Assembly (NCBI GenBank): GCA_964016885.1
Contig: OZ024742.1
Location: 258,850,001-258,914,000, forward strand
DNA: 64,000 nt
Reading direction: 5' to 3'
Origin: Eledone cirrhosa
Lineage: Eukaryota
Shown here: positions 63,206 to 64,000 of the stretch, one piece after another
Layout: each line of letters opens with the position of its first letter
Position numbering within the stretch: position 1 is the stretch's first letter
Program-made: the position numbers and the translations under genes
The notes under the pieces: model-generated
Told to the model about the DNA's origin: nothing
Databases searched by the model: none
The model's input: the letters and a program-made list of their open reading frames with translations, nothing else

Positions 63206-64000
63206 TTGTGTGTGTCTGTGTATTGTATATATATATATATATGCGTACGCCTGTGTGTGTGTAAACACAATCCCCAATATGGTTACTATTGTCTCTGAGA
63301 TTTATTATGTATACTTATTATATGTATGAAAGTGGTTAACTGGTAGTATCGTTAGAACATAGGAAAACTTGCTTTGAGATATTTCTTCGGGTTATTTATC
63401 TTCTGAGTTCCAATCCCGCTGAGTTTCGTTTTGTCTTTCATCTTCACAGGGTCGATAAAATAAAGTACCAGTAACGAACTGGGGTTTATACAACCCACTT
63501 TCCCACCCCATTTAAATCGCTGGCCTTAGACTAACACTAGGATCACATATCGAATGTATAACAGGATAAGGCAAGATGATGGATTGACGTTAGAACTTCA
63601 GATTGAATACTTTGTGCTATTTGGTCTGAGTTCAAATATACCAAGGTCAAGTCTGTCTTTCATCTTTTTGAGGTCGATGAATAATATACCATCGGATACT
63701 GTGTTAGATTACTTCATTCCCCCCCCCCCTCTCTCACTAAAATACACACACACACACCACCACCACCATCCACCAGAAATTAAGGGTCAAAGTCATGTCA
63801 ATGCAGGTTAAGTTGGCAGAAATGTGGAGTGTTCACATGGTTCTAATCATTGGGATCCCAGTCATGTGTTGCTAGGTAACTGAATAATATTCGTCTTTTC
63901 ATATAGTAGCGAATTACTGAGTGTTTTATCTGTCTTTATATAAACATTTTGACCCTACCCTCGTTTTATATAACATTGTTTGTTCAACAACACAACCAAC

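Overview
AT-rich, microsatellite-dense animal (eukaryotic) DNA. The SINE, Penelope and microsatellite content looks like a cephalopod/octopus genome (inference). I found no host protein-coding gene; most ORF-track entries are translated (AT)n/(GT)n/(GA)n repeats. Recognisable elements: an open Penelope-like retroelement (PLE) RT + GIY-YIG ORF running off the left edge, two decayed PLE fragments, a near-complete decayed CR1/Jockey-group LINE ORF2, other LINE 3' fragments, a deleted mariner, non-autonomous Helitrons, tRNA-derived SINEs, minisatellites and a 200-N gap. The main unexplained structure is about a dozen foldback palindromes/inverted repeats (0.1-2.3 kb) of several sequence families. 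Most abut (TA)n tracts, have one arm with an extra 3' tail, and carry a type I minimal hammerhead-ribozyme motif. Two families use a U3-A8 core variant. One of these families is homologous to the 3' region of the intact Penelope ORF. Several copies break at the predicted cleavage site or inside stem II, suggesting ribozyme-defined, PLE-mobilised non-coding elements that generate palindromes. All alignments and folds were done by eye.
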